Positions 38,301-51,521 of a stretch of 64,000 bases of DNA are shown here, in pieces. The stretch is from contig OZ059895.1 in the NCBI GenBank assembly GCA_964057225.1, positions 18,352,001-18,416,000 of the forward strand. Reading direction: 5' to 3'. The DNA comes from Auanema rhodensis (taxonomy: Eukaryota > Animalia > Nematoda). The first letter of the stretch is position 1. Each line of letters opens with the position of its first letter. Below the pieces are notes generated by a model, which was not told where the DNA came from, made no database searches, and saw nothing but the letters and a program-made list of their open reading frames with translations. The translations under genes were made by a program, and so were the position numbers.

Positions 38301-39687
38301 TCAGACATCGAGAGATGACAGATCAACGTGAGACAGCCAGCCTGTTCAGAGAAGTCACAGTTGAGGTTATAATGCATTTAAGCTCAGCATATTCAACTTT
38401 TTATCACTGCATAACCGCAAAATATATAAGTGAGCATATGAACTAGCCACAGATCAACGACTTGACGATGACAAACGGATGATTGACACGTGCAGTTATT
38501 GCTGCATCCGTGAATACATTGTTCGTGCTATTAGGATTTTCAGCATTTGCATCACATCCACTACGAAACTGATTGTTGGTGTTTTCGTTGATAGAAAAGA
38601 AAAACCATTAATTCATTTTTTAAAATACAGAAATAATGCAATTATTTCTCCCTTAACTTACAGCATTATTTGATATTTTAAAATATATATCTTATTTCCG
38701 TTCCATCATATTCTCAAATAAGCAAAAAAAAGAGAACAAACTCAAGATATGAATCTTCCGATCATCAAATTCTGAATCAAGAGCTTCAGTCATTGAAAAT
38801 ATCTCTATCTTATCGTCATTTGGATATATAACAAAAGAAATACGGCAATATCATTCACACATCCATCTATGAAAGAAAGAAGAGAAATAGATTGATGCAC
38901 AGAAAGAGAAGATACTTTCTTCAATCTTGTAAGCCCAAAAAAATTTGATCCGGATTGCAAAATAAACGCAAATATATAAGATTTGGTGTGACAAAAACCA
39001 ATTAAGCCATTTGATTCTTATAAAAAATAGAAAAAGAACAAGTAAAATGGCCAAAAGTTATAGATTCATCATTCTTTACTCCATCCTCATACCCAAATTG
39101 CAGCTTCATCTCAATGAGCATGTTGCTCAGATTGTATAAACTATTTGGAGGGAGATGCAAACATGAAATTACTGGGAACATGGAAATGAGCAATGAAAAT
39201 AAAACTTTTTTTGTTGTTAAAATCGTGTAAATTGATCTAAATTTAATTCAAAAAACAGTGAATGAAAAAATAATAACATGAAAACATACCACGTCAAGAA
39301 GTTGACTGAGCTTAAGCTTGAATCGTACTACAAGTGTATCGCTGTTGTTATCAACTGGTCGAACCAACTTATTATAGTCAGCTAACAAATCCTTAAATGG
39401 AATATAATTATTATGATGAAAAAGAATTTTCATAATTCTATTGGGTCAAAAGTGAAAAGCTTATGTTGAGCAAGTTTTATGTTGTTGGACATAAACAAAC
39501 AGAATGAAACGCATGACAGTTCAACCAAATTAAATGTTTCATATATCGTTGAAATGAAGAAAAGATGATTTTTTCAATAAAAAAACTTTAATAATTCAAA
39601 AATTACTTCGAATAATCGATTAGCGTCGCGATTTGCACGCGCGAGCAGGGTGGCCCACGCTATTAGTAGACACACTACTCGGAGCAT
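31865..39687 (-). CDS. unc-63: Alpha nicotinic acetylcholine receptor subunit UNC-63 (505 aa, 16 coding exons)
   Basis: Exons 39687-39607, 39391-39290, 37875-37831, 35167-35058, 34809-34717, 34597-34536, 34487-34359, 34233-34158, 33345-33238, 33155-33052, 33002-32896, 32815-32699, 32604-32530, 32482-32397, 32183-32102, 32005-31865 total 1518 nt in frame. Signal peptide [18 protein letters not shown], then [22 protein letters not shown]; loop [29 protein letters not shown]; C terminus [13 protein letters not shown]. Confidence 0.96.
32330..32381. repeat. Interrupted (GA)n microsatellite in an unc-63 intron
   Basis: Directly visible. Confidence 0.9.
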
Positions 39688-39805
39688 TCGGCCCCATCAA
39701 CCTGTAAAAAGAAAAAACTATTTTTGTATTCTTGTAAAATAGATAATAAAAGATTTTAATGAGAAGTTAATAAAGACATGATATGAACATTGAGAAACAA
39801 CTTAC

Positions 39806-39862
39806 CTTAAGTATGAACGGCTTCGTTGCCGTTTCGCACGGCCATCAACCGAATAGCAATGG
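39806..39862 (-). other. Probable 5' UTR exon of unc-63 containing a 12-codon uORF
   Basis: Flanked by TTTCAG acceptor and AG|GTAAGT donor; next acceptor TTTACAG at 39702; uORF ATG 39845 to TAA 39807. Confidence 0.6.
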
Positions 39863-42800
39863 CTGAAACATACAACGAGTATAAGAGTTGTGTGACGAAA
39901 GCACAAAACAACAAGTTAAAGAGATTTGGAAAGATTTTGAAAAAAATATTTCAGGAAACGACAATATGAGATTAAAATCGGAATGAGCGACGAATGGTAG
40001 CTGAAAACCCTTTCAGCGAGTTGGATATATAGAAAAAACATAGATGTAGACAGTAAAAAAAAGGAAAAAGAAGAGAAATTGTTTTAAAAAAAGGTGAAAA
40101 CAAAGAAAAACAGAAGAAGAGAAAGGTAAAACGACAGAATAGGATTTAGAGTTATAAGCTGTGCATAAGCAAATTTAACAAATAAGGAAAGTGATAAGTA
40201 CATAGAAAACAATAAAAACAATAAAATTGTGATTGGTATACATGAGAAAGAAAAAAAAGAAAATAATGATGAACTCAGATCTTATTCTTGCTCTCTGGAT
40301 ACAAATGGAGAATGGGGAGGCAAGAGTGTATGGAGAATGAGAACGATGAGAAGTAGGAGGAGGAGAGAAGAGTTTGAAAGCTGAAGAAAGGAAAAGGAAG
40401 AAGAGCAGGGCAAGAGATAATGCTAATAGTAAAGCTAAAAGTTGCTGTCAACGAACGAAAGTGTGCGATGGCCTTAGATGGAATGATGTCTAGTGTGTAT
40501 GTGTATGTGTGTGTGTGTGTATGTGTGAGTTTGTGTGGAATAAGTGTGAGCTGGTATGAGAGAGTAGAATAAGAAAGATAAAGAGAGAGAGAGGAAAGAA
40601 GGGTGTGAAGTAAACAGAAATAACAACAGAGAGTAAAGAGTTTTGATAGTTGAGGGTGGATAATGTTGGTGTGGTCTGACTTGTAAGAAAAGAGATTGTA
40701 AGAAAAGCAGTAATACATAGGGTATAAGAAATGAGATGACAGATATGAAAAGAAATAGGAATGAATGAAAGATTGCTCATAGTTTGGATACGATACAGAG
40801 GGATAGTGAAAGAAAGAAAGAGAGACTTTTGAGAGAACAAGTAAGAGATAGAGAGAGATAGTGACGAAAAATGTATGAGAGGTGAAGCTGACCCGAGAGC
40901 TGGCTGAAGTATGGAACAGCAAAGGGAGAACAACAGAGAAGCAGAGAAGAGGATATGCAACTAGCAAACCAAGCCATCTGCTCTCTCTTTCCCTCTCTTC
41001 CTCAACGCTACCAGAGCCGTCGGAGATTGTCGATTTGCTTGAAATATTGCCCCGATGGATGAGAGCTAGAGTAAGAGAAGTAGATATTGAAATTGAGAAA
41101 GAAAGATGAAGGAAATGTATAGAATTAAATAGACGAAGAGAATCAGAGTAAAACTGAGAAAGAACTTCAAAGAGAGAAAGTGAGAGAGATGGAGAAAGAG
41201 AGAGAGATGGAGAAAGAGAGAGAGAGAGAGACAGAGATAGAGAGAGAGAGAGAGATAGAAAACGATTGAAAGAGAGAGAAAGGAAGAGGAAGACAAATTG
41301 AGAGAGAGAGAGAAATAAAGAAAAGCAAGCAAAGTGGGGATAAGGTATGAACTAAAGTCGGGAGATAGAGGATAAAATATCATTAAAACCATACAGAAAA
41401 ATGAAAAAAAAAGAAGAATGACCTTGTCATTATCTTGATCTTTGCATAAGATTTGAACATTTTGAAAATATTATGAAAAAATAAGAAAAGATTAAAGAAA
41501 TTAATATGAACAAATTTAAAGAGGAAAAAAGAATAACGAGATAACTATGCAAATTCGTCATCCATATATTCGCATAGTAAATCATATAATTATTAGAAAT
41601 TCAAATGATTATCAGGAACACATAGCTGGTTGTTTCAAAAATGTTAATGAAAGAAGAACTCTTCACATATTCTATTTCAAGAGCGAAACCTAGAAGTAAA
41701 AGATTTTTTTTTTTGAAAAGAAATGAACAGTAGATGACACATTAAGATTGCTCAGTACTCATCATCATCGTCTTCTTCAGAGATAATGGCTTGAAAATAG
41801 GTGTATGCTACATGTTATATGTGATAGAAATAGCTTCACTATTAGCAAAAAGCTTTTTTTTGTTTTTTTTCTTCTATGGAATAGAAGAGAGGAGGATGAA
41901 CTGCGATATGAGGACGAGGCGAGGAAACAGAAAAAATGGAAGCAAAGGACAAAAAAAGCAGTGTAGACATACAAACAGTGAAGTTTGAAGAAGAAGAAAA
42001 AAAGAAATTTTAGATATATATTTTTTGAAAAATAACGCCCATCGGTTCAGATGTTGGGAGAAAACGTGATGAGAGAGGAGTAGAGGGAGAGGAGAGAGAG
42101 AGAGAAAGAGAAAGAGAGAGAAAAAAACAAGAGAGAGAGAGAGAATCAAAGAGGCAAGAAGAAACAGGAAGCAAGAGAGATGAAACGAGAGAAAAAGAGA
42201 AAGGTTAAATTGAAAATTAAAATTTGATTAAAGGTGAACATGGTATTAAAACGAATATGATATTCAAATAAATCAATTCTTACAAGTGAATTAACAAAAC
42301 ATGACTCACAGGTAAAAATATAAATAAATATAGTTAAATAAATAATAACAAACTATAGATAAAGAGAAAGAGTCTTGAACTGCTCTCAAGTTTTTTAACA
42401 AAAACTAAATGTCATGTGCATTACAAAAACGAAGAACAAGAGGGCAAAAGCAATAGATGGTTGGGGGAGGAGGAGGAGGAGCAGCACAAAGAGAAGAAGA
42501 TGCAAAATATGAAAAGCATAAGAGAAGAAAAAGGAAATGCCAGGCTTTAGTCTTTAAGGTCGAAATAGCATGAGAGAATATAACCGTACTGGAGGGTGCA
42601 AAGACAGGAAAATGCATATTGATACAAGAGACAGACATATAAAGCAGAGACGACGGACTGCTGGTCGTTTGGCTTGTGCATGGACGTCCAGACCACTACG
42701 ACACAGCTAAGCCCTAAGTGTGGCTCGTAATACGCCGGGATTACCGAAAAATAAGACGGATGAACGATGATGTAGCCGGACGCGCTATGACCAAAAGCTC

Positions 42801-44285
42801 GGTAGATGGAACAAACGGCATGGACACATGAAATGATGTCTAAAGAGCTTTATGGCTGATGGCAACGAGAACGATAGAAGAACAAAGTTTTGAAATTGTT
42901 GAGATAGGAAATGCAGGAACTTGCTCATATAAGATAGAAATCGGCTAGTCAGAAAGGCGTTCATAAAGAATCTGCTGGTAGAAGTAGAAAATCTAGAAAT
43001 CAGAATCAATGGATGAGAATACCGAAATAGATAGAAATGGTCATCAAGGAGAGGAATTTTAATAAAAAATCTGAAAGGATTCTTTATAAATTACTCAAAT
43101 AAGAGGACAAGCTGGTGAATATGGCAACCCTACAATAACTCAAACAGTATAGTTTTGTGAAAAATTAAAAAACTTATACTTCATCACTGTTAAACTATAA
43201 AAGGTTTTTATTAAAATTTGAAATATACATACATATAATTTTTAAAATGAGAAAAGAAAGTTGCAGAGCTACGATACGATCCTTATGGATGTCGGATGAT
43301 AGATTTGGAGTAGCAATTCATGAAACTATCGAACATAATAAGTCGGATAAGTCATATTATTCACTATTCGGATCAAATAAATCTTTGTACAACAGAAAAT
43401 TAAACGATAATAATATGCCAAAAAATTGAAAAAAAAGTAGAAAAGAAGATAGATGATGAGAGGGTGGAGAGCAAAATTGGAGTGTGGTATTGAAAGCAAA
43501 GAGAGAGCCAAAGGGTGGAGAGTAGAAGAACGTGATGGCAATGGTGTTGGTGATGGTGTTGGAAGACAAGAAATAGTGGGAGAGTGTTAAGAAAAAAAAA
43601 AAAAGGATAAGAGAGAGAATGAGAGATTGAGAGAGATAGCGATAGATAAAAAGAAAAAGTAGAGGAAGAAAAGGGGGATGGAGCAGAAAAAAAGCGAAAA
43701 AAGCTTATTTATTCTTTTTGGCTTTTTTTCAGTCAATGTTTTCAAATATGAAAATACGGGGAAGCAAGGACTAGCAAGATAGCTTCAAGTAGTTGAACCG
43801 CAAAAATCAGTGGCAAACTTCTGTTTCGTTTTAAGTTATCTAATAACCAGAGACATATCCCTATTCTCAAAAATATTAATGATATGATATAGAAGATGAT
43901 TCATTTGTTTTGTTAAATATATATACTTTAAAACATAATCAATGAAATAAAGAAAGTGCACACCGTTTAAGACCGTCAAGCATAACAAAATGATTTTGTA
44001 TTTCACGTGAGACACGTGAAACTTCCGTGTTGACGGTATTTTTATAAAAATACTTTATACTACTGGACACACGTTCCACTTTCCTTTTTATATATGATTT
44101 TCTTAAATTTTAGTATAAATGCTGTTCTAATGTTCCTGAAAGCGAAGTGCCAATGGCCCCAGGATGAAGAACCCAAAAGTGGCAAAAAGTGTTTTTTGTG
44201 AATATGCCTTGGGTCTAGTGATGAGTTGTTGGAAGAAAAGCTGCAAACATTATTTACGTGCTTTTTTTCCTCTCTCTGTATTACT

Positions 44286-44289
<4 letters not shown>

Positions 44290-44360
<71 letters not shown>
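44290..44360. repeat. (CT)n microsatellite
   Basis: Directly visible, about 35 units. Confidence 0.95.
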
Positions 44361-44368
<8 letters not shown>

Positions 44369-44731
44369 CTCTCACTCTTTTCCTATTTCGCTTCAGATTT
44401 GCTTTTACGTTCACGTGTCTTTTTCGAAACCAGACTTGTTGCAAAAAGCGACTTTAGTTCGTTTTTTTTTCAAAAAAAACATTATAATGATTAAAATTGA
44501 GCACAGCATATGATAAATTTCAATAAAACTAAACAAAAGAACAGAATAAATAACAAAGTTACAACTTTAAAAGCATTGTAAACATAAGTTTGAGTTATGT
44601 TGAAGTACAGCAGAATAACCCTGTAATCAATGGTAATGTATATTTTAATCTAATTTGAATTATATTTTAAAAATGAAATTAAGTAAAAATTAATGAATTT
44701 ATGTACAAGTGCGATGATAGGCCTGATTCAG

Positions 44732-44741
44732 TCTCTAGGGA
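44732..44741 (-). promoter_or_regulatory. Candidate COE site TCCCTAGAGA upstream of unc-63
   Basis: Motif match only, about 5 kb upstream of the ATG. Confidence 0.3.
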
Positions 44742-47700
44742 GAATTAAGATAAAGTGAATGCGAGGGAGGGTTGTTGAGTTCATTAAAACATTCCAAAGA
44801 CGAGAATGTAATGCATTACTTTGAATTTGTAATGTATGTACTTGTGTAGTCAAGATCAGAAAATGGAAGGAAGGAAGGAAGAAGAGACGAAGAAGAAGAG
44901 AAAGAAGAGGACAAAGTTTGAAAAGAAATTTGAAATATGTTAAGAGAATATACTTGTAGTATATAAAACAGAAGTTTAACATGTATAAAAGATGTGTTAT
45001 TGACTATTTTTTTATAATTATATATATAGTTAATTGATAATTATATATTATAATATATTTATATGTATGTATATATACACATACACAGATGTATTTTTCT
45101 AAGATAAATAGATGAATATAATCATGTGATTGAGAAGAATAATAAATAGAAAACAGGGAGAATTCTTGGATAATAATATGTTCTAAGATAATTGAAAATC
45201 TGTGTCTATAAGGCATTTTATTCGAAATTTGTTTGGTTCTCGCTGCTTGTGAACAAACAAAAACAACAAGTTTTAAGCTGGAAATAGGAAGAAAAAAAGT
45301 TTAATTATTTCATTTCTTTTTTTCTCTCTTTCTATATATATATATATATATATTATGTCAAAGAAAAAAAAAGAAAAAAAAAGTTAAAAAATCAGTTAAA
45401 AAACGACTCTAAATGGAATCTCTAGTGACGCATATTAGTCATATGTAGTGACACACATTGGAGAAGAGCCATTGACTTCTAGCAACTATTGTTTTAGTTT
45501 AAAAAAGAAATGAAAATATTCTTGTTTACTTAAAATACATAATTAAAAAAATATTTTTTACAATTATCATATTATATACTATATGTATATATAGGTAAAT
45601 TTAGTATTTTAACAATTAATTCATAAACACAACTGATATACAAGTTTGCCAGGTTTATCAATAATCTTTTGAATAGTTTCATGATGAAAAATTTATTTTT
45701 TATGAATATTAGATAGATAATTTGATAATAAATAATATTTTAAAAAATAAAAGAAAAAGCGTGAGATAGATGATGACACATTTACGTGTACCATTCGTGG
45801 TGTGTGGACATTCTTCTGTATGTCCAACTGTTACTCGAATGCCGTTGTCCAGAATTCACTCTAACATTTCAGTTTTGTGAGAAAAAAATTATATGTAAGG
45901 AAGATTGTTTATTGGCCAGCTGCATTGCTGCAGCTGCAGTAGCAGCAGAAGAAAAAGAAGAAGAAGAAGGAAAAGAAGCAACAGCAATCTCACAGAAATT
46001 CATTCATTTTTCGTGGCAGGACATTATGATGTGTTGTTGCTAGCTGATAGACAATTGCTTAATGCAACAATAGAGTTCACGTATTAACTATAATGTGATA
46101 AAAAGAAAGATATAGTTAGTGAGTTGGACATATATGCACCTGGATTGATGCCATATGAATATACCTATTTCGGTTTGAAAATTGTTTTAAAGTATATTCT
46201 TAATTCAGATATGAGATGAAGAATTGCGATAAGAACTGAGATAAGATGATAATCTTGAACAACTTTTCTTTATTTAGCTATTAACAATATTAAATAGATG
46301 AATTAAAACAAGAAAATTTGTTTTTTTTTTGCAAATTAAAGCTGTTCAGAGCAAAGCTTTTCTAAGTTATATTAGTCAATTTCAGTGGATGAGAAAAGAA
46401 GGATGGTTTAGGATGTAGATGGAGAATGAGAAGGAGAAGAAGTTAAATGAGATTTATCTTCAAACTTGAAAAAGACAAAAAAAAAGAAGATGAAGAAGAA
46501 GCTGGAGAAGGAGCAGAAAAAGAAGAAGAAAAGAAAAGAATTACGGAGGACTCACGGACACATATACACGGACCAACGGACGGACGGCCGGCCGGACGGA
46601 TGGACGGCTGGACAGAGAGAAAGGCTTTCTTCCGACAAACCAGAGCCACATCGATTGTAGGAAGCGGCTGTCTGGACTCTCTGTTAGTTGTCCGATGTCT
46701 TGCCAATCGTCTGACCTCGCTCTCGGGACGATGCCTCAGGGCTTTTCATCCTCATAGAATGGGCCTAGAGTGAGAAGAAGGAAGAGAAGAAAAAGAAAAG
46801 TAGTATAAGACGGAGACGAAGAAGAGTAGGAAAGAGTAAGGGAGTAAAAGAGCGTAAGATTGGGATAGAAGAGAAAAGAAATAGAAAATTGTGAAAGGAG
46901 AAGAGAAGAATCTAACAGACTCAGCAGTAGCCGCAGTAGTAGCAGCAGCCAGCTTTGAGGACACGGAGCAGAGCGCCAGGAGGAAAAGAGAATTTTGAGG
47001 AGAGAGAGAAAAGGATAAGAAGAAAAATAAAAGCTAGGTTGCAAGCTTTTGCATAGATGCCATGGTTCAGTTGAACTGAATAAAAGGAATAGTGCTTCTC
47101 GAGGTTACAAAGATAGAGGTATAACTGAACGACAGGAAGGTATAACAAGTGAAGAAGCGAAAAGTATATCTTAAGGCATAGAGATTGATCAAGAAAGAAA
47201 AATTCAATAAAGAGTTAGAGAGAGAGAGATATAAAGAGAGAAAAGAGAGAGAGAGAGAGAGAGAAAATTAAGAGAGAAATTCAAAAAAACAGGAAGTAAA
47301 TATAGAAAACAATTATGTAGATGAAAACAATAAAGATAATTAATTGGAGAACTTTTAACTATACTAATTTCATACCGTATAAATAGAAATGCAATTAACA
47401 ATTAACTGAATATCACGTATTTCTTTCAAATTTAAGAATTCAAAACATATTCTTCCATCATATATTCTCATTTAGAACACTCATTGTATTAGAAATTGTT
47501 TGGTGACGTATAAGGAAGATCTGATGTCAATGACGTTGCAGTTCTGATCGTCATCATTGTCCTTCTCTGTCATCTCCACCCACCTCTCTCATTCTCTCTC
47601 AATCTCTTTCTCTCTCTTCTTCCCTTTTTCTTTTTCTTTTATTCACATTCGAGCCTAAATTACTTTACTCAATATGATGATAGAGTCGTAGGGAGTTCAT

Positions 47701-50218
47701 CTCATGATTCTTCTATCATTTTAAGTTTATCCTGACTTCCCTCGCCGATGTAGAGTTACTCTAATACTCAAGCTTTAACGCATCTTGAATCCTAAAATGT
47801 CCACCTTTCACATGTCATTGGGAAAACAAGTAAAAACTTCTACCCAGTTTTATTTTTCTATCTCTCTTCTTCCTCCTTTTTTTACATTCAAATATAGAAA
47901 AATAGGAAATTAAAGAAAAACTCTTATTGAAGAAAAGAAGAATATTATTAAATTCTTTTTCATATATTAACTATACATATAAAGTATATTAAATGATTAT
48001 AATATACATATATGTTGGGTTATATCAAACAGGTGATATGGTGAAGAATCTGAGTGAAACACTTCATCTAAGTATTTCTTGTATCTCTAATCTAGAGGGC
48101 AATTTATCGTTCATTTAGCTATCCGTTCGATCGTTTTAATACTTTCGAGGATCATTTATAAACAATAAAGAAACTATCAATATATCCCAATGATTCAATG
48201 GTTTATAAGTTTTTTTCATATCCAGCTTTTCAAGTTACAACACCTAGATACCTATGAAACGGAGCTTTATGAAGCTCAGTTATCGAATGTTAGAAATGTT
48301 TTGAAAGTCGTCTTTGCTCAAGAAACGATGTTTAAACAGCTTAGCTTTTTTGTTTCATGTTAAAGTTGGATCGGCCATCTATCATGATTCAGATGAAATC
48401 TTATATGATTATCAGTGTTTAGAACAATCTGTAAAGCATCACTTTGCAAGCCTTTTAGAACCACAAGCACATCAGTTCATTTGCTTCTCTACTGAAAAAA
48501 TTCTCTCGTTTCAGAGATTTAAGCTAGAACGTTGAAATTGTTTTTTTTCCAAAGCACAATTTATGTATGTAGTATGATCTATATAACTTTAAACCAAGTT
48601 AGTACTTAAACTCGAAGAATAGGTTCAAGCTTCAAGCATACATCTCTGCTCTGAAGTCAGTAACCTTATTTGATGTTAGTGTTGTTACTTTTATCCATAT
48701 TCATGTATTCAACTTCAAATGTATTTTCAGAATTGTTAGCTCTGAACTTGCGTTTTCTTTCTTTTTTTAGAAACTAAATCGTTTGTTCATCGTTTCTTTT
48801 TTTGGTTTTTTTTTTGAAAATAGATTACATGAATATGGATTGCCATCGTCATCAATCTCATGTGCTTATTGTTGATCAACGAGACATAAACGAATTTCTG
48901 ACAAGTTGCAACAGTTAAAATATGTTTTTTGTCTTCATTCTTCGCAATTTTCAATTCTTTTTTCTCTTTTTTGTCAAAACTAAATTGGATCATTATGAGC
49001 TTTTTATGGTTGAATTTAGATAGATACATATGTATAGAGAAATGTGTTTTTTAAATTCAATTTATTTCACAAATGTATCTATCTATATGTATATTTAGAA
49101 TAATATTATATTATAAACTATCAAAGAATACATTTTAAAAAATATTAGAGCATTATCAGATTGTAAGTTTGAAGTCAAGCTGTAAAATAAAAACATAAAT
49201 GTTTGCTACCGAGGTATAAAAAGGAAAGAAAAGAGAGAAAGAGATTTAGAAAATAGGTGAACTATCATGATGAGTTGAAGGTAATAAAAGAAAGAAGTAA
49301 TTTTGTATTGAATATTGCTTAACTATATACATAATATATTATTTCAGGATTTATAGGATATACAGGAATTCACGTAAAGTAAAGAGTAATTTATCAAAAA
49401 TGCTTAAAAGAATATGTCAGATTAGCACGTAGTTTAATACAAATGTTTATCTTATTAAAAAGATCAAATCTTATATATTACATAGTTATAAATGAGAGAA
49501 TATATAAAGTATATGTATAGAGAGAAAGAGAGATAAAGATGGAGGGGGTGGAGAGAAAGCGGAGGGAGAGGAATTGGTAACTCACCAGAGTTAATGTTTT
49601 AAACTTATAACTATGTGTGAGTTTAACACGAAAAGTGAGTATGGTATGGGATAAGGAAACATTATCTGAAAAAAGAAAAAGCTTGGAGTTGATATGCAAG
49701 AGGTAACTTAAGTAAAGTTTAGTGATGACCGATATAATGACATGAGAATGGGTATAACGAGAGATATGAGGTAAATGTGGAGAAACTGGAATAAGGTTAG
49801 AAAAAATTATAAAGAGAAGAAAAAAGAGAAAGATAAGGGAATGGAGAGTGAAAGAAAAGACAAACAAAAGTGAGAGAGAAGGTCCGAGGCAGAACTAAAG
49901 AAGAAGAGAAATAGAGAAGAAAGAAAGAAAGGAGGGACTCAGTTCTGTTGTAATGCGTAAATGCTCTTCGGAAGTTTTAGCCATAAGGTGGCGTTACGTA
50001 TTGGTTTGATTAGATAGCATTAAGTGGACTGAGAATAGATGTAGAAGAACAATTTTTATTCGCAGCAATCGTATCCTCTTCTCTTCGATTTTGGTTCCTG
50101 GCACATCAAGTCTCCTGTTCAAACTAAGAGAATTGAAACAACCTGAGAAATTTGGGTAGAAATAGAGAAAGAAAAGTTTAGAGGAGTGCACATGATTAAA
50201 GGATAGAGAGAATAATAC

Positions 50219-50285
<67 letters not shown>
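50219..50285. repeat. (AG)n microsatellite
   Basis: Directly visible, one interruption. Confidence 0.95.
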
Positions 50286-50288
<3 letters not shown>

Positions 50289-51472
50289 AAGCGAAGAGTG
50301 AGAAAGAGAGGAAAAGAGAATGAAGATGTTAGACATCATTATCATAGAAAAGAGATAAGAATTGAATAGAAAACAGCTGTGTCAAATAAAATTACAAGAT
50401 TTTTCAAATATTCTCTATTAAAGGTTTTGTGATTTCAAGAGAAATGAGTAAAAAAACACAGATATGAAGTTTAAAAGAATACATCAAAGCTCACAATAGC
50501 TATAGCATACAAGCTTGATGGAAATAGTGATTATGCACATCATTATTTCTCCTTATTTCATATTCATTACAGAAGAAGAGGAACATTCACAATTACGTAA
50601 TATGATGATGCTGATGATGATGATGAGCATGTACAGCATACATATGCACACATCTGGCTACTCAACTCATCCAGCTAGTAGCACATCTGAAGCTTCTGAT
50701 TCATGCCTAATTCAAGTTCTTGTATTATTTGAAAAATCGTTTGATACAAGTTTCATCTATGACACTGATGCACATCAAAGATGAACCTTGTTGTCAGTAT
50801 AGCCTAGAACGGTGTTATGTAACAAAAATAGATTAGAAAAAGCACGCTGATATCCGATGTCAGTCAGCTTAGAAAAAAAATATTCTGACTAATGTGAACA
50901 GAAGTTTATCTAGGAGGAATTTCAAAAAAAAATTGTTTCACTCAAACATGCTGTTGGGCTGGGCTCTCTGCTTTCAGTGTCTCAACTCAACAGCCAAAAA
51001 AGATGTTTTTTCTTCCGAAATTTTGAAAAAGCTTAGAAAGAATGTAGATCAAGTGGAGGTGTGAGCAGAAACAATGGTTATAAAAGGTTTGAACTGGGCC
51101 GGAAAAACGCGAACACGGGATGGCTAAACTTGTTGGCGCAGTTGATACACGTCAATATTCTACTTGGAAGGAAGTGTTGACGAGGTTGAAGATCAGTGAG
51201 AAAACTTTTTTAAAAATAATCTTGACACGAAGCAGTTGGGAGCATTTTTTTAAAGTTTTGAAGTTTGATACGATGATAGCCAAGGTGTCAGAGCTAGCCT
51301 TTCTTGATATATTCAATGAACGAAAAACATGTTCTAGCTGTTATTCTGTAAGTAATCTGAGACGTTAGCAGTTAGCCTTTAATACTAACTTAATGCTTTA
51401 TGATGGAAAGCAACCAAACCAAGAAGATTAATCAAGTTGCAAGAAAAAAATAAATTGAAACAAAAGCTTAGT

Positions 51473-51475
<3 letters not shown>

Positions 51476-51518
<43 letters not shown>
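51476..51518. repeat. (CT)n microsatellite
   Basis: Directly visible. Confidence 0.95.

Positions 51519-51521
<3 letters not shown>

Noticed and set aside
40275-41392. 230-aa and neighbouring hydrophobic ORFs
   Set aside because: Leu/Ser/Phe-rich translations of CT-rich low-complexity DNA with no recognisable domain.
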